From contig JAQGDQ010000650.1 of assembly GCA_030141605.1 (NCBI GenBank), positions 55,457 to 119,456 of the forward strand: DNA of 64,000 bases, in the 5' to 3' direction. The position numbers and the translations under genes were made by a program. Positions 12,278 through 25,900 of this stretch are shown piece by piece. The notes under the pieces were generated by a model, which ran no database searches, had not been told where the DNA came from, and saw only the letters and a program-made list of their open reading frames with translations. The stretch comes from Tubiluchus corallicola. Lineage: Eukaryota; Animalia; Priapulida. The stretch's first letter is position 1. Every line of letters starts with the position of its first letter.

Positions 12278-12294
12278 AACGGATTTTTTTCAAG

Positions 12295-13605
12295 ATGGCA
12301 GCTTTGTTACGAGTTTCTTGGCGTATAAATGTTTTTCGTGAATGTAAGTGTAAATTCCTAAAATTATCAGAGAATTATATTTTCTCTTACGAATTTCAGC
12401 GTTTCACTTCTACTCAAACAACTGTTCAAAGCATTTTGCAGAAGGAACTGGACGGTATTAGATCGGCTGGTACATGGAAAGGTGAACGGATAATTACCAG
12501 CAAACAAGGCTCTGCAATTACTGTAAAAGGATCGGAAAAAACCGTTTTAAATTTCTGTGCCAATAATTACCTAGGGTTGTCCAGTAATCCAGATGTAGTT
12601 GAAGCTGGTAAAGCGGCGCTTGACAGCCATGGCGCTGGTTTGAGCTCTGTACGCTTTATTTGTGGCACGCAGGATATTCACAAAACCTTAGAGCAAAAAA
12701 TAGCAGAGTTTCATTTTAATCGCGAAGATGCGATTCTTTATCCTAGCTGTTTTGATGCAAATGCTGGTTTATTTGAATGTCTGTTAACTGCAGAAGATGC
12801 AGTTTTGTCAGATGAACTTAACCATGCATCGATTATTGATGGCATCCGCTTATGCAAGGCACAAAAGTTTCGATACAAGCACCGTGACATGGCAGATCTT
12901 GAATCCAAATTGCAAGAATGTCATAATGCCAGAATCAAGCTGATTGCAACAGATGGTGTGTTTAGCATGGATGGCAATGTCGCTCCATTGAGAGAAATCT
13001 GTAATTTGGCCGACAAATACAGTGCGCTCGTTTTTATTGATGAAGCTCATTCGACTGGATTTTTTGGTAAAACGGGACGTGGAACAGAAGAATACTTGGA
13101 AGTAGCGGGTCGCATTGATATCATAAATTCTACTTTAGGAAAAGCGCTAGGTGGTGCTTCAGGTGGATACACAACTGGGCCAAAGCATTTGACTGATTTG
13201 CTGAGAAATAGATCTCGGCCTTACTTGTACTCAAACTCGCTTCCACCTCCTGTAGTAGCCTGTGCGACAAAAGTGTTTGATATTCTCATGGCAAATCATA
13301 AGTTAGCAGACCGTGTCCATAGCAGTACTATGCGGTTTAGAGGTAAAATGAAAGATATTGGATTTCAGCTAGGAGGTGATGAGCATCCCATCTGTCCAGT
13401 AATGCTTGGTGATGCTAAATTAGCTGCACAGTTTGCTGAAAAGATGTTAGAGCGGGGTGTGTACGTTATAGGATTCAGTTACCCCGTTGTACCTAAGGGA
13501 AAAGCAAGAATAAGAGTTCAGATTTCCGCCTCACATACAGATGATCAGATAGATTATGCAGTTGAATGTTTTAAAGCAGTAGGAAAAGAGCTGAGTCTGA
13601 TTTAG
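12295..13605 (+). CDS. GCAT: 2-amino-3-ketobutyrate CoA ligase (glycine C-acetyltransferase), mitochondrial; single coding exon
   Basis: Uninterrupted ORF from aagATGg: basic mitochondrial-type presequence MAALLRVSWR, then AGTWKGERIITSKQG, NFCANNYLGL, SDELNHASIIDG, DEAH, the PLP lysine motif NSTLGKALGGASGG, and YPVVPKGKARIRVQISA. Confidence 0.97.
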   Translation: MAALLRVSWRINVFRECKCKFLKLSENYIFSYEFQRFTSTQTTVQSILQKELDGIRSAGTWKGERIITSKQGSAITVKGSEKTVLNFCANNYLGLSSNPDVVEAGKAALDSHGAGLSSVRFICGTQDIHKTLEQKIAEFHFNREDAILYPSCFDANAGLFECLLTAEDAVLSDELNHASIIDGIRLCKAQKFRYKHRDMADLESKLQECHNARIKLIATDGVFSMDGNVAPLREICNLADKYSALVFIDEAHSTGFFGKTGRGTEEYLEVAGRIDIINSTLGKALGGASGGYTTGPKHLTDLLRNRSRPYLYSNSLPPPVVACATKVFDILMANHKLADRVHSSTMRFRGKMKDIGFQLGGDEHPICPVMLGDAKLAAQFAEKMLERGVYVIGFSYPVVPKGKARIRVQISASHTDDQIDYAVECFKAVGKELSLI

Positions 13606-14786
13606 AGGAAAACCAAATCCTTTTTAAGTTATTATGTTAAAATATGGTTTTACAGAAATAAGCAAAATAATTATACCCATTCTTTACTCCTCCTAAATAC
13701 ATTCAATTGTGGATATGTTCGAGACTTATGGTATGCATTTGTCACTACTTTAAACTTGCTTTATACCAACATGCATCTCCGAAAGTCATGAGCAGGCCTA
13801 GCTGATTCTGTGCTGTTGAGCAGGAATTTTGTGCATTGATATTAAAAAAATTAGTATTGCTGTTTCAAAAAAGGTGTTTTAAAAACAAATTTTGCTTCAT
13901 TGTTATTTTTCTTCTAAGAAAAAAATTCAAGTTCTGCACGGATTTTTGGACTTATATTAAATGACACTTTTTTATTTATTTCTGTCTTAAGTTTTAATTA
14001 CTGAATAGTAGATGGAATTTTTTGTTTTATTTAAATTGTGTTTAAGTTTTCTTTGTTTATGCCGTGATATTAAACATGCATTATATTTATATCAGGTAGC
14101 TTATCTAAAGTTTAACATATCCATATGGATTATTGTCCATATCAAGAGAGCTTGATGTCACATAAACACTGCAGCGACAACAATATTTTATAGCTAACTT
14201 GAGTGTTTAGTGCTTGAATAGTGCACACTTATCTATTATCAGGTGCAAAACTCAAATGTGACTTGGTCTTTCAAATGTTGTGTCGGACCTGGTCAGTTTA
14301 ATATATAATGTAATTCAAATGCTATATTTATGATATTATTCTGTGTACAGTCCCATATATACTTGTTTGAGTGATCAAATGAGTGAGTGATCATACTTGT
14401 TTGAGTGTTCATTTTTTTGGAAAACGTCAGCTATGTTTTAGGAATTATAAAATGTAAAATTTCATATCTTGTTAGACTAATATAATGGATTAAGTTTATT
14501 ACATTTCATTGACAAAGATGAATTAAAGTCTACATGAGTAACATAATTTGTGAGTGATTGTTGTAGTTGATTAATCACATTCCAATTGACAGAACTTCTG
14601 GAAAAACATTTAACGTTAGTTAGTTGTATAGGAACTGTTAGATATCTATATCAAGTGTCACTGTTAAGGTCTACTAGGTTGCTTTTAGAATTTTTGAAAG
14701 TGTTTAAGATTTTTCACTGCATTAAAAATCTAAGTCCAAAGGATTATTTAAAAGAAAAAACGTGCTAAAGAATCTTACGGCGCTGC

Positions 14787-15052
14787 GGCACATTCAGACT
14801 AGCGAGTTTCCTCTCTGACAGCAAACTCGCAATATGAACTGCTTTGTGAGTTATTGTAGGCAAGTTATTGCAAACTCTGACAGACGCTGTCTAGTGTGAG
14901 CGTCTCCCGAGTTCCTCTCGACACTTTTTGCAGTGCATAAGGAGGTGAGTATCAGCTTGTGTTTACTGTCTAGAGCAACTCACAGCAAGTTTTGCTTTCT
15001 GGCCTGAGCTAGGGAGTTACTTGGCAAGGAAACTCATTAGTCTGTTTGTGGA
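14787..15052. mobile_element. decayed MITE, PIF/Harbinger-like
   Basis: Imperfect inverted ends ggcacattcagactagcgagtttcc / ggaaactcattagtctgtttgtgg. Confidence 0.45.
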
Positions 15053-16932
15053 GAATCTCAGATTTAACAATAGCCAGTTTTTGTAGTTTTACATTGTAGT
15101 TAGTTAAAGTGGAGTGGTGTTAATGTAAAAGTGCACCTGATGAATAGGCACAATTTGGAATGCCAGCAATTGGTTATTATAGACGAGTTTTGTTTTTGTT
15201 GTTGTCAATTTGTTCTTTTTTTCTTGCATCTGATTCTGTTTTTACAATAACTAAGATCCTTTTACATATCTCAACGTTCCAAAAGTATTTATTGCTGTCA
15301 AGTTGCACAAATTTCTTACATTCCAGTTTGTTTTTGTGATCTTTTACAGTTTTGGATTTACAGTTTTACAATTTATAGTTCTAGTCAAGTTTTTTTAATG
15401 TCTGTCAGTTCACTGTTCCATGTATATCATTGTAAACTTCCTGTACTCAAATTGTAGAGAATAGAAAGGCATGATTAAATTTGAACTTCAAAAACCATGT
15501 AAGAATTTTTGAAGCAGTTTAAATTAGCAACAAGGTGTTCAAATAATGTATGTAGGACATTCATGTCTGGTAACGGCCTGGCATAGCAACTTACTATGCA
15601 GTATTGTATAAATCCTTTAATAATGTACGCTTTGATAATGTTCATTGAGTCTATTTTATTCGCTAGCTTTTTTTCAACTTTTTGGTATATTTTATTGTTA
15701 ACTACATTCCGTGTATGTTATGTGGTACCTGATTATTAAAATCAGGGCAAATTGTGCTATGATAAACAAAATTTATTCGCAACTAAAACAGGTTGAGGCA
15801 AATTATATGTTCCAATCATGTTACATGAAAAGAATGGTATTGAGTTAATAAATAAAAATTGATTTGAACTGCTACTTGTTGTAGCATTGTTGTATTGGTA
15901 AGATGGGCAATTTTATCATTCTTTTAAATGAAACAATATTAAGATACAAACATGGACAATTTAATAAAATTTTAATTTATTAAATAATAATCACACTTCG
16001 AAAAATCATTTTTTTCTCTTTGTACAAAACTAAATATTCTACTCATCTATTACTTAATAAAAGAACATGCTTTGGACTGCAAAAATTCGAGTATGCTAAA
16101 TTACAATAAACATGTTAAATCCTATCAAAGATAATAGCTGTGTTGGAAATTTTAGGTATTTTAAATTTTTTGATATTAATTACATCTTTACAACATTATA
16201 ATGCTTAATTTTAATTTAGCTAATCCATTCATAATGTTTTTTAATAATCAGTAACATTAAATTAAACATGAAACAAGTATATTGCTCTACCATGACTCAA
16301 ATAGTTTATTAAAAAATAATAAGTACACTAATTGTAAAATTATACCTGCTATCTTAACTACCATCATATACACAGACCACAGCTCATATTCTTGAAACGT
16401 GCACTGCATTTTCTGCATAAAATGTTACTTTCAGTTAACTTACCAAAAAACTTATGTTTCTGACATAGATTGACACGATGGAATTAAAAAATTGCAAACT
16501 AGACCGAGGGCACCAGATTTGCCAATCACTGCTCAAGTTAAAACCAACTATTTCAACTGAGTTCTATTTCAACTGATCTACTTGGGATTGTGTTTAGTAT
16601 ATGGCTCACAGAAAATATCTGGCAAAAGATTAATAAAAGAAATCATGTAGTTGAAGGAAACTGCTGATGTTGCAGTAAATTTATTATTTGAGAGTCTGTT
16701 TAGATAACTACTGTATTTATGTGACAAGTTCTATGGGTACTTTCTAAAATGCTATATAGAAAAAAACAAAACAGCTGCTACAAATTTTAATCAGACACAG
16801 ATGAAGAAACCCCAACAAACTGACTAATAAAAAGCAGAGAACAAACAAATACTCTTCTAAACTTTTTGGATAAATCTATTAGTAGACACACACTTGCTGC
16901 TGTAAAGTCCCTACCATGGATGTTACTCCTGC

Positions 16933-19900
16933 TTAAACCACTGACTCTGACTTGTCCACAGAGTCAAATTCACTCTTAGTTGTGGACTCAACTGAACCTG
17001 AAAATAATATATCTGTGGAATACACTGTCCGAAAATCTTAATAAGGTAATATGTTGAATGTATAAATTTTCACCAAGCACCCACAATTTACAAGTAGCTA
17101 TTCATTTGTCCACTCTTCAAGCAAATACTGAACATAAATTTGTAGAAACATAAAACACTTTCCAGCTGATCGTTTTAGCAGATATTTAGCATGATACTCT
17201 AGGAAGCCTTGTTTAGTTTCATTCAGTACACTGATTTAACTGCCTACTTGGTTGAAAACAATATTTAAAGCCGAACCACAACTAGGCCAAACATGAAAAA
17301 TTGATACTGACCTTTATTACTTGTATCTACTATAGGCAAGTCAATATCAGGTGGAATAGTTTTCTCAGGAAGAACAGAAACCTTTTCAGCAGCTCTTCTG
17401 TCATATCTCACCTCCTCCGGAGGAGGGTAGCTGTATGATGGCCTGTAAATAAGTCATCAATTTAGTTAAAATCAACTACAGAAATCATTACACTTAGCGT
17501 CAAAATGTTAGTAACAATTCACTGCTACGACAACAATAATCAAGTAATGCACATAGAATAGCTGATCTATCTAAGAACTAAAAATTAATATAAGCTGTGC
17601 AACAATGATTAAAAAATAGTGGCTTCTCAACATAGAACGGAATTTTAGTAAAAGTGGCATGCATAATTTTAGGAAAAAATAATCACATAGCTTCCTATGA
17701 ATCCTTAAAACACGAATGGCAATTTTCATTGAAATAATAATTATTTGAATTGAACTGAGTATGACAATTACCATCTAATTGAATAATAATTTTCAAAACA
17801 CTTCGAAGTTTGCAAATATGAGTATTGAGGCAGGACGCCTGCTACTGGCAGGCAAATGAATCAATGCCACACTCATCTATCAACTATCTTCTCTGCCCCA
17901 GGAATTATTTTGAACTGGTCCTTGTAGCTGCTAGTTTACTGTCATTCATGTTTTGTGCAGAGGTATCTCTTACTACCACTCACAGTCATTAGTCAGAAAA
18001 TGAACTGCATTGGAGAAACATACCTTTATTTTTTCTGTCATTTGATAGTTGATCAGACGATCTGCAAGTTTACGATTTCGTATTTGTTTTGTTTGCTTCT
18101 CACAATGTGAATTTTTGTAGTTTTTATTCACAATATTTGTATTAAGGTGGATTGCTGCATCAACGTTTTATTGTCGAGATGTACAGATAAGCAAATGTTT
18201 GTATTTGAAGAAAAGCCATGTCTCTGCTTAAGTGAATGCTGGCTATTATTTTCATTTTAAGAATTCGTTTTCCTCACAATCAATTTAAAAAAAAATCACG
18301 TAATAAAGTAGCACAATTTTCTATGCACCGATATATTCATAATTGTAGATAAGCAACTGTAATGGCTATGGCTATGAGCATCAACATCAGACCTGATGAT
18401 GCTACAATTTCTTGAATGAAATTCATAGGACATGACGAAATCTTATGAACTATTTCTCTGTTTTCATTATAAAAATGTGGGCTTCTTTATTAAAAGGAGT
18501 GGCTTTCACATATTGCACATTTTCCATTGAGATTCTTATACAGCTTTGTTGCGATGCTCAAACACATTGTACTTGATCCAATACTGACATAAAATAATTA
18601 TCACAGTTGTTAGCATTCTCTTATATACTTACAAGTCATGTACATAATGATCGTGTTTATCTGCTCGACCTCTCCAGTAGAAGATGTAGAAGAAGCCTAC
18701 AATGACAATGATAGCAGGCACCATGACACCAAATGAGATGGCAATCTTGTTTCCGATCTCTGTCAGTCTACGATCCTTGTGACCTGTAATAATAATAACA
18801 AAATTATGAAAATTCTACACATCATGGCATGCTTCACAGTTTCATTGTTTTTGAAACAGATGCCACTCTGACTCAAACAAAAATGAATTTGCATTAACCT
18901 TTTTAGTCTTAATATAAACATAATATGAGCTAGTCTGAACAATTTTTAATTCTAATCGCTTGATACACACAAAGAGCTCTTATGATCGACATAGCTGCTG
19001 AAAAAATACCAGCACTTTGCTATTAGGTTGTTAAACTGAAGAGTGGGAAGTTAGTTCAGCAAATGTTCTAGCACAAGAACAGCTCTTTTGTGAAAATGTC
19101 AAACAAGTTTTTTAACTCCAAGAGAATATTGCAATGCTTACTTCTACAAAGAACTGATATGCCATCAGACCACTGTCCATTCTCCATACATCGTCTTTCC
19201 TCTGTGCCCCAAAACTCGTAACCGGGAAGACAGTTGAAACGAACCACTGAACCAGACTGATAATTGTAGTAATGTTTCTCTCCATTGTATGGGGTCGGTA
19301 GAGCTTGACACGAGACAACTGTAAATAAGATAAGTCAATATATACATATATATATATTTAAATATATCCTAATAATGTACACCTAAAAATTTACCGAGAA
19401 TCAACTAAAAATAATTAAGGTGCACACAGTTGTTGGACTAATAGACTAAACTTTTCAAATACATCGTCCACAAGATAATCCCAGAAGTGTTTGTAAGACA
19501 TGTGACAATTTCTCACACTACATATTGCGATAGTTTGGCTGAAAATTTGATACAGGAAAAGTGATCAGTAACAGAAAACCAAATTTGAGTCCTTTGAAAG
19601 GGTTTAAACTGTGTTTTTAAACATAATTACTTAACTAAGCAAAATGAGTAGCTGAGTACCTCTTTTCAGCCCTGTGCGTAACATGGTTTCATATGATTCC
19701 TGTATTGTTCTTGTCCCAGCAGCCAATAACCTATTTCCGGAAGTGATGTAATCATACTGACAAAATTCATTGTCTCCACATGTTGCCAGGACGTTGTACA
19801 TATCAAATGAAGCATTGGGATGAATTTCAGGAAGCTAAGCAGAAAGCATACAACTTGGTAAAACTCAAGTTAAAAGTTCAGAAATTCAAGAACATTCAAG

Positions 19901-22900
19901 CTAATCACAAGAACTAGTTCAGCCACTAAACTGCTAAAGGAAGTACAGGTGCTCAGTTCAGTCAGCTGTTATAAGTGTATACTACCAGGTCAAACAACTT
20001 TCTCACTTTTGTGAAAATTGCTTGCTATTTATTAATGGCTAGCGACCAACTGCTTTGTGTATTAATAACTGTTGTACAATGGTAAAATGTTCTGAACATG
20101 TGGCATTTGCTGCATTTCATAAGATTATGTATACTTTCTCATTGTTTATAATTTGAGAACCAATGATTTTGCAACTGAAGGACACCAGCCTACAATGAGT
20201 AAAACACTTTACAGGAACTCGAAAATGCAACTAGAGCTACAAAACTAAAAATAAGGAAGAAAGCAAGAGAGCACTTGCTATTGATTCACCAGTTCTCTTA
20301 TCATGTCCTATGACCAAAAACAAACTACTAATCTAATTACAATTGTCGTTTGGTAATGTAACATTCAACATAAACAAGAACGCAAAGCCCTACTTTTTCA
20401 AAAAATGGCTCGAATCCCTCTTCCATATAATACAAGGTACTCTTTCCTGGTTTATATGTAAACATTGTTGTTCCTTCAATGCGCCCTGAAACCAACACTC
20501 ACTATAATTATTCAAATAAAAACAATGACAATGATAACTTGCACTAATCACTAGTGCCAAAAATAACAAAAGACAAGAAAACCAAAAAATATTAAATCCT
20601 TGCTTGCTTATGGTGGTGGAAGGTGATAACTTGGCGTGAGCAAACACTACTCGAAATCAAATTCGAATTGAATTTTTGGCTGTCAAAGTCGAATTGTATC
20701 AAGTTTCAAAATTTCAAATCTGAATCGAATTCAGTATTAAAGATATTCAAATAAATTTCGAATCAGTAATATAAATACTAATGTCCACAAAAAACTGGAA
20801 TTAGTTGTGAGATAATGAATACTGTGAATGTAGCATATGGCCACTAATTTACCACTAAGACTATAATGATTTGGTTTGCATAGCTAAAATTAAGAATCAC
20901 AGAAAAAATAATTTAACACACATAGAAATCTAGTGTCTACTTGAATCTACTTTTACTTACTGTACAAGTGATATGTTGGTTGTTTTGCACATTTCAAAAA
21001 CTTGTATGTTTTATTGCAGGTCTTGCAAGTTGCTTCTGATGACTCGTTAAACTTGAATTAAGTATGACCAATAAGTATTTGCTTCTGCAAACCATCTTAA
21101 CAAGGCTTAATATTTTGTTGAGGTTTAGCATATGAATATTTTCTAAATTGCAATTGTATGACAACAATACTGACTAAATAATTGCCACTCTCAGTCTCAC
21201 CACTTATTTTCGTTTTACAGCAGCTTGCAAAGATTGCGCATATAGCTTTTGTTCTACGGTAAAAACTCGTAATAATTTGTTAAAAAACAGTGTGCAACAA
21301 TCCCAGCCAAATTGTTCTTATATTACACAATTTTTCAATTTTTTAGTGACAAAGAATGAAGTAATTGGGGCTTTCAATTATTCCAATATTCGAATCGAAC
21401 ACCAACAAAAAACTCGCATGAAAAGTTCGATGCTCATATCCAGAGATAACAAAAGATCTTCAAGATTAATAAGGTCATGAATGCTATAATTGCCCCAGTG
21501 CTAGCATTACTATATCCCAAGCTTAGCTGACTTACCTTCAGTTGTCTTGGAGTAATAATGTGAAATTTTGGTGCATTTTATCCAATCCTAATAACTCTAA
21601 AGTCAAATTCAAAATCAAGTGCCCATAGGAGACTCTCATGCAACAGCAGTATTCCCTACGTGCCAAGTTTCATTAGCTTCAGCTTAAAGGAGATATAACG
21701 GAAAATATTCTGCTAGAAAAAATCCTGTACCAAATATAGGACTACTACCTTCAAAGGCAAAATGAAGGTTAGTATTTATTCGTGATCCTTCCCCTCGCTA
21801 GTACTAGCTATGTGTCAAGTCATTACCTAGGTCTCCACTAGATTTCTAAAGCCGCTTTCGTTTGCCGAGGGATAATAATTCATACATTACATTGTTAACT
21901 TACAAGTTTCTCCAAACTCGTAGAAAATATCGCGGTCTGTGTCAGGACGTACTAACTGGCCCTGGCTGGTCCTAAAATCGTTATCAGGGTCATCATCCCA
22001 TGTCCCCAGTAAACCGCGTGTATAATGCTGAAAACCAAAATAGTTACTGCATCAAATCAAAGATTTCTTTGGTACCATAGTTTTTGGCAAAAGAAAATAT
22101 TGAAAGCATCACAGTGGCATTATCTCTCGACTACAGCTAACTATAGTATAAAATTTATCTCAAGTCAGAACTAAACATGCAAACTGTAAGGTCGAAACAA
22201 ATGAATCATTATTTAAATTGTAAATAGATCATACAACAACCTGTAAGATTAAAACAAGGTGGATTATTATTTATTAGGTGGTACATCACAGGGTAAACTC
22301 GAAACATGGAGGATTATTATATATTAACTGATTCCATATAATATACTTCAATTACTAGACCTCTTTATATTCCACTACTTTGTAAGACAATTCCAATGAA
22401 AAATTTTAAATGTAATGCATTTTATATTTACCTATTGGCAACCGATACTGCTTTTTTGCGAAGGAAAAGACAAGAAAATAAAAATTAGGACCAATACCAA
22501 AGTGGAAAATGTGGTTATAAGTTATCCATGAGGATGTTTCTATACCTTAAACTCTAGCGGTAGAAACATGGTAACTGTTAGTGATCCATGATTTTCTTGA
22601 ACATGGAATCCACCACCCGATGCAAATTGCACCATCACCTCCGACTGATTTAAGTTAACATATGGGTTGAACACGGTAACACCTACAAATAAAAATGATT
22701 TCTACAATTTGTTTGCTATTGCAATATTGTGCAAAATTTATATATGCACAGAGATTCGCAAGTAAAGTTTATAAAAAATCTTCTTGGCTTGTAAGTGTGT
22801 AAAATGTCCAAAAGGAATATTAATAACTATTGTTAATAATAGGTAACGTTCTTGCTAAATTGGTAATGTAAAATCGAGGCATAACTACCTTTATAAACCT

Positions 22901-25900
22901 GAGCCTTAAAGTATGGTCGATCAAAATATATTTTGCGGCCATCAACAAGTACAGTCAACTTGTAACGCCATCTGGCATGGTATGGACGACTTTGAACTTC
23001 TACAGTAGCAGACTCATTTTCTCGTGCAACAATAGCTGTCATCATTGTTCCATTAGATTCGGCATTGTCTAAAACCAAAGCATAAACAATGTAAGAGTTT
23101 AACAAACAAATCTGAAGAAATTTGGTAAATAATTAACAGTTTTCAAAAATTTAAAAACCTAAAGCATTTGAAATCGACATTAACTTAATTATATCAGTTA
23201 TAAACTACCTCTATGAATTTGCTCACAAAGGCTGAATCAAAATGATCACAAAATTTTACTAATATACTCAGATTGAAGACAGCTAAGAATTAGTAAAGAA
23301 CAAAAACATGTATAATGATTTATTCTATTAATATTGCAAAATTACGGAAAAGTAAGAAATTATGGTGATGGAGTGCAAGTTTTTAAAAACAACTTTTAAA
23401 AAAATTTGCCTATGGCATATCAAAGAATGCAAAAATATATAATTTGCAAAATTTCCATTTTCAATTAAGAAGAATTTAGTGAATAAATTTTCTGTTTACA
23501 AATTGTAGATAACTAATGATAAAACAGTGCTGGTGAAAACAAGAAACTAAATTTTTATCAAAACTCACATGTTGAATTAGGAGGTTGTTCAAATCGCACT
23601 TGTACATAAAGCTTGTGAGGAAAGTTTAACTCTTTCTGCTCATGATGATGACTGGTGTTAAGCAAAGTGAATTCACCTTTACCATTGAAACTGTACTTCA
23701 AGCCATCAAATGTGATAAAGTGGGGATCACCAAAAGCAATCGCTAAAAAATAAATCGCTAAGTTGATTAAATTTTAGTCATAAACATCCTGAAGGAAAAA
23801 GAAAAAGTATTATTAAAACAGCTATAACACTTTCCAAATATGCAAACATCTGACCGACACACGTATTTTACACAGCAGAATATAAGTATGATACCATTAT
23901 TGGTTCAGCATCATCTATCCTTGATAATGATCTACATTCTGGTTGCCATGATACAATAAATACACCGTATAATAAATGCACTCTGCAGACAAATGTTGAA
24001 TGTTGAACCCGAATCCTAGTTTATAGAATGTAAAAATTTACATATGTAATCGAGTGACGCAGTAATAAGGCAATTAGAGTTAAAACCTACAGTGCTCCCT
24101 ACATTTTTATGATCACATGGCACAATATTATACAAGTACTAATGTTATTTTCAAAGTTTGTACAACAATCTGAGATGCCACACAAGTTAATAATCAGAAT
24201 TTACAGTAATTTGCTGATTACTGAAATAAATTTCACACGACACTGTATTCCAGTAAATACCATAAATAAGGTTTAGTGATCCATTCTGATGCCACATTTG
24301 TATGTTAATAAAGAAAATACAGTCTTCATTCTAAAAGGTAAATTTTGCACTAGGCTTCTAATTCTAACATCTTTATCACTGGATAATACAGGTCACATTT
24401 TTTAAATGAAACTAGAGTTGTTATTAAAAATCTATGTGTCCTAACTTGCATTTTACCACGACATTGCATCTAGCACATAATTTACAAAGAAAGCATGGTT
24501 AATTAATGTGGACAGTACATATGCATATTATAAAATGATTTTACCAGATTTTGGTGGTGTATAAGTTTGGCAGTCATCTGAAGGTCGTCTCCAGTAGTAC
24601 GGATCACAGAAATCATTCCACTCACAGCAAAAGAAATAGGACATTATGTCATATTGGTAATGACACCAATCTGGAATTTTGGGAGGGTAGATATGAGGGT
24701 ATATACCCCAAGGATGCGACCTGTCTGGTGTGCTGCCGTATCGTGTGTCAAAAACATGCATTATGTTTCCTCGAATGTCATAGCAGCACTGCTGGCTAGC
24801 TCCAATTAAACTAAATTAATGAACATGAGTATTTAGTATAAATGCAACTAACAAAACGTCAAAAAAATCAAAATAAGGCTTATGTACAAATATGTATATA
24901 TAAGAACAATAAGTGATACTGTGTTCAATAAATAGAAAATGCAGTATTGTCAGATGAAAGCATAAAGCGTCACATTTTCTCAAACTACTTTAAATTACTC
25001 ACTTTGGATAGGACTGTCGCACGCAATGCTGAGCACCAACATTAAACTCGCAGTCGAGTTTTCCATACTTATTACAGCTGTCGTCAGGCACCCATCTGAT
25101 TTTATCTGTTTCTGCTTGCTCCAGGGTACAAGGGCAGTAGTTCAGACTGTTCAAGATAGGCGTCTTCTGACTATAATACAGATATTTCATAAATGATTCA
25201 TGTGTTCCACAAGCAAAGATCTCGACAAGTATCAAAAAGCTTTTTTGAAACATCATGAAAATTTTCTTAAAAGAATGAAAAGACATTTCATTTAATTATG
25301 TTTTAATCACAGCTATTAGATAGAAACTCATATGACAAAAAACTGAAGTAATTAAACAGCAATTTAACATGATGCATATCATCGTTGTCTATGCTTATTG
25401 CAAAAAAACTTGAGCGAGAGATAAAACAAAATGTAAAAGATATTACTTCACAATGTAACTGTCAAATCACTGCAAGATATGAAAAAGACAAAAGCTAAAA
25501 TGTAATCAACATTTTTATGCAAAAAAGTATTATAAAAACTATAAACTAACTGCCAGGTATGTATAAAAGCTTTACAATGTACGTCATCATCATTCTATAA
25601 CTCTTAGATACTCTAACATAAAACAAGAACAACAACTTAGTGATTTTTACGGACCTGTCGCTATCATGCCATCGCATGCACTTCTCCATAGCCCAATCTC
25701 CTCCAAAGTTCTGTCGATAATGGGGCTGAAAATACCAAGCCAGTGGTATAGGTGGACTCCAGTAATGACTGTAAAGCATTAAAAACTGGCAATAGCATCA
25801 ATGAAACAAAATACAAATACAAAAATTAATTTAGTGTGGTGACATATATGGTTTTCTGACAGCCTCAGTGACATTTCTCCTAGAGTAATCACTAAACAAC

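Noticed and set aside
12208-12294. N-terminal extension MSYLGSPSRPIGLLGSVVHSAPYKRIFFK of the 465-aa ORF
   Set aside because: It starts at a GTG inside the transposon terminal repeat. The first ATG (12295) has good context and begins the targeting peptide.
12295-13605. Horizontal transfer of bacterial kbl or bacterial contamination
   Set aside because: It has a mitochondrial presequence, animal-type GCAT motifs, and eukaryotic repeats on both flanks.
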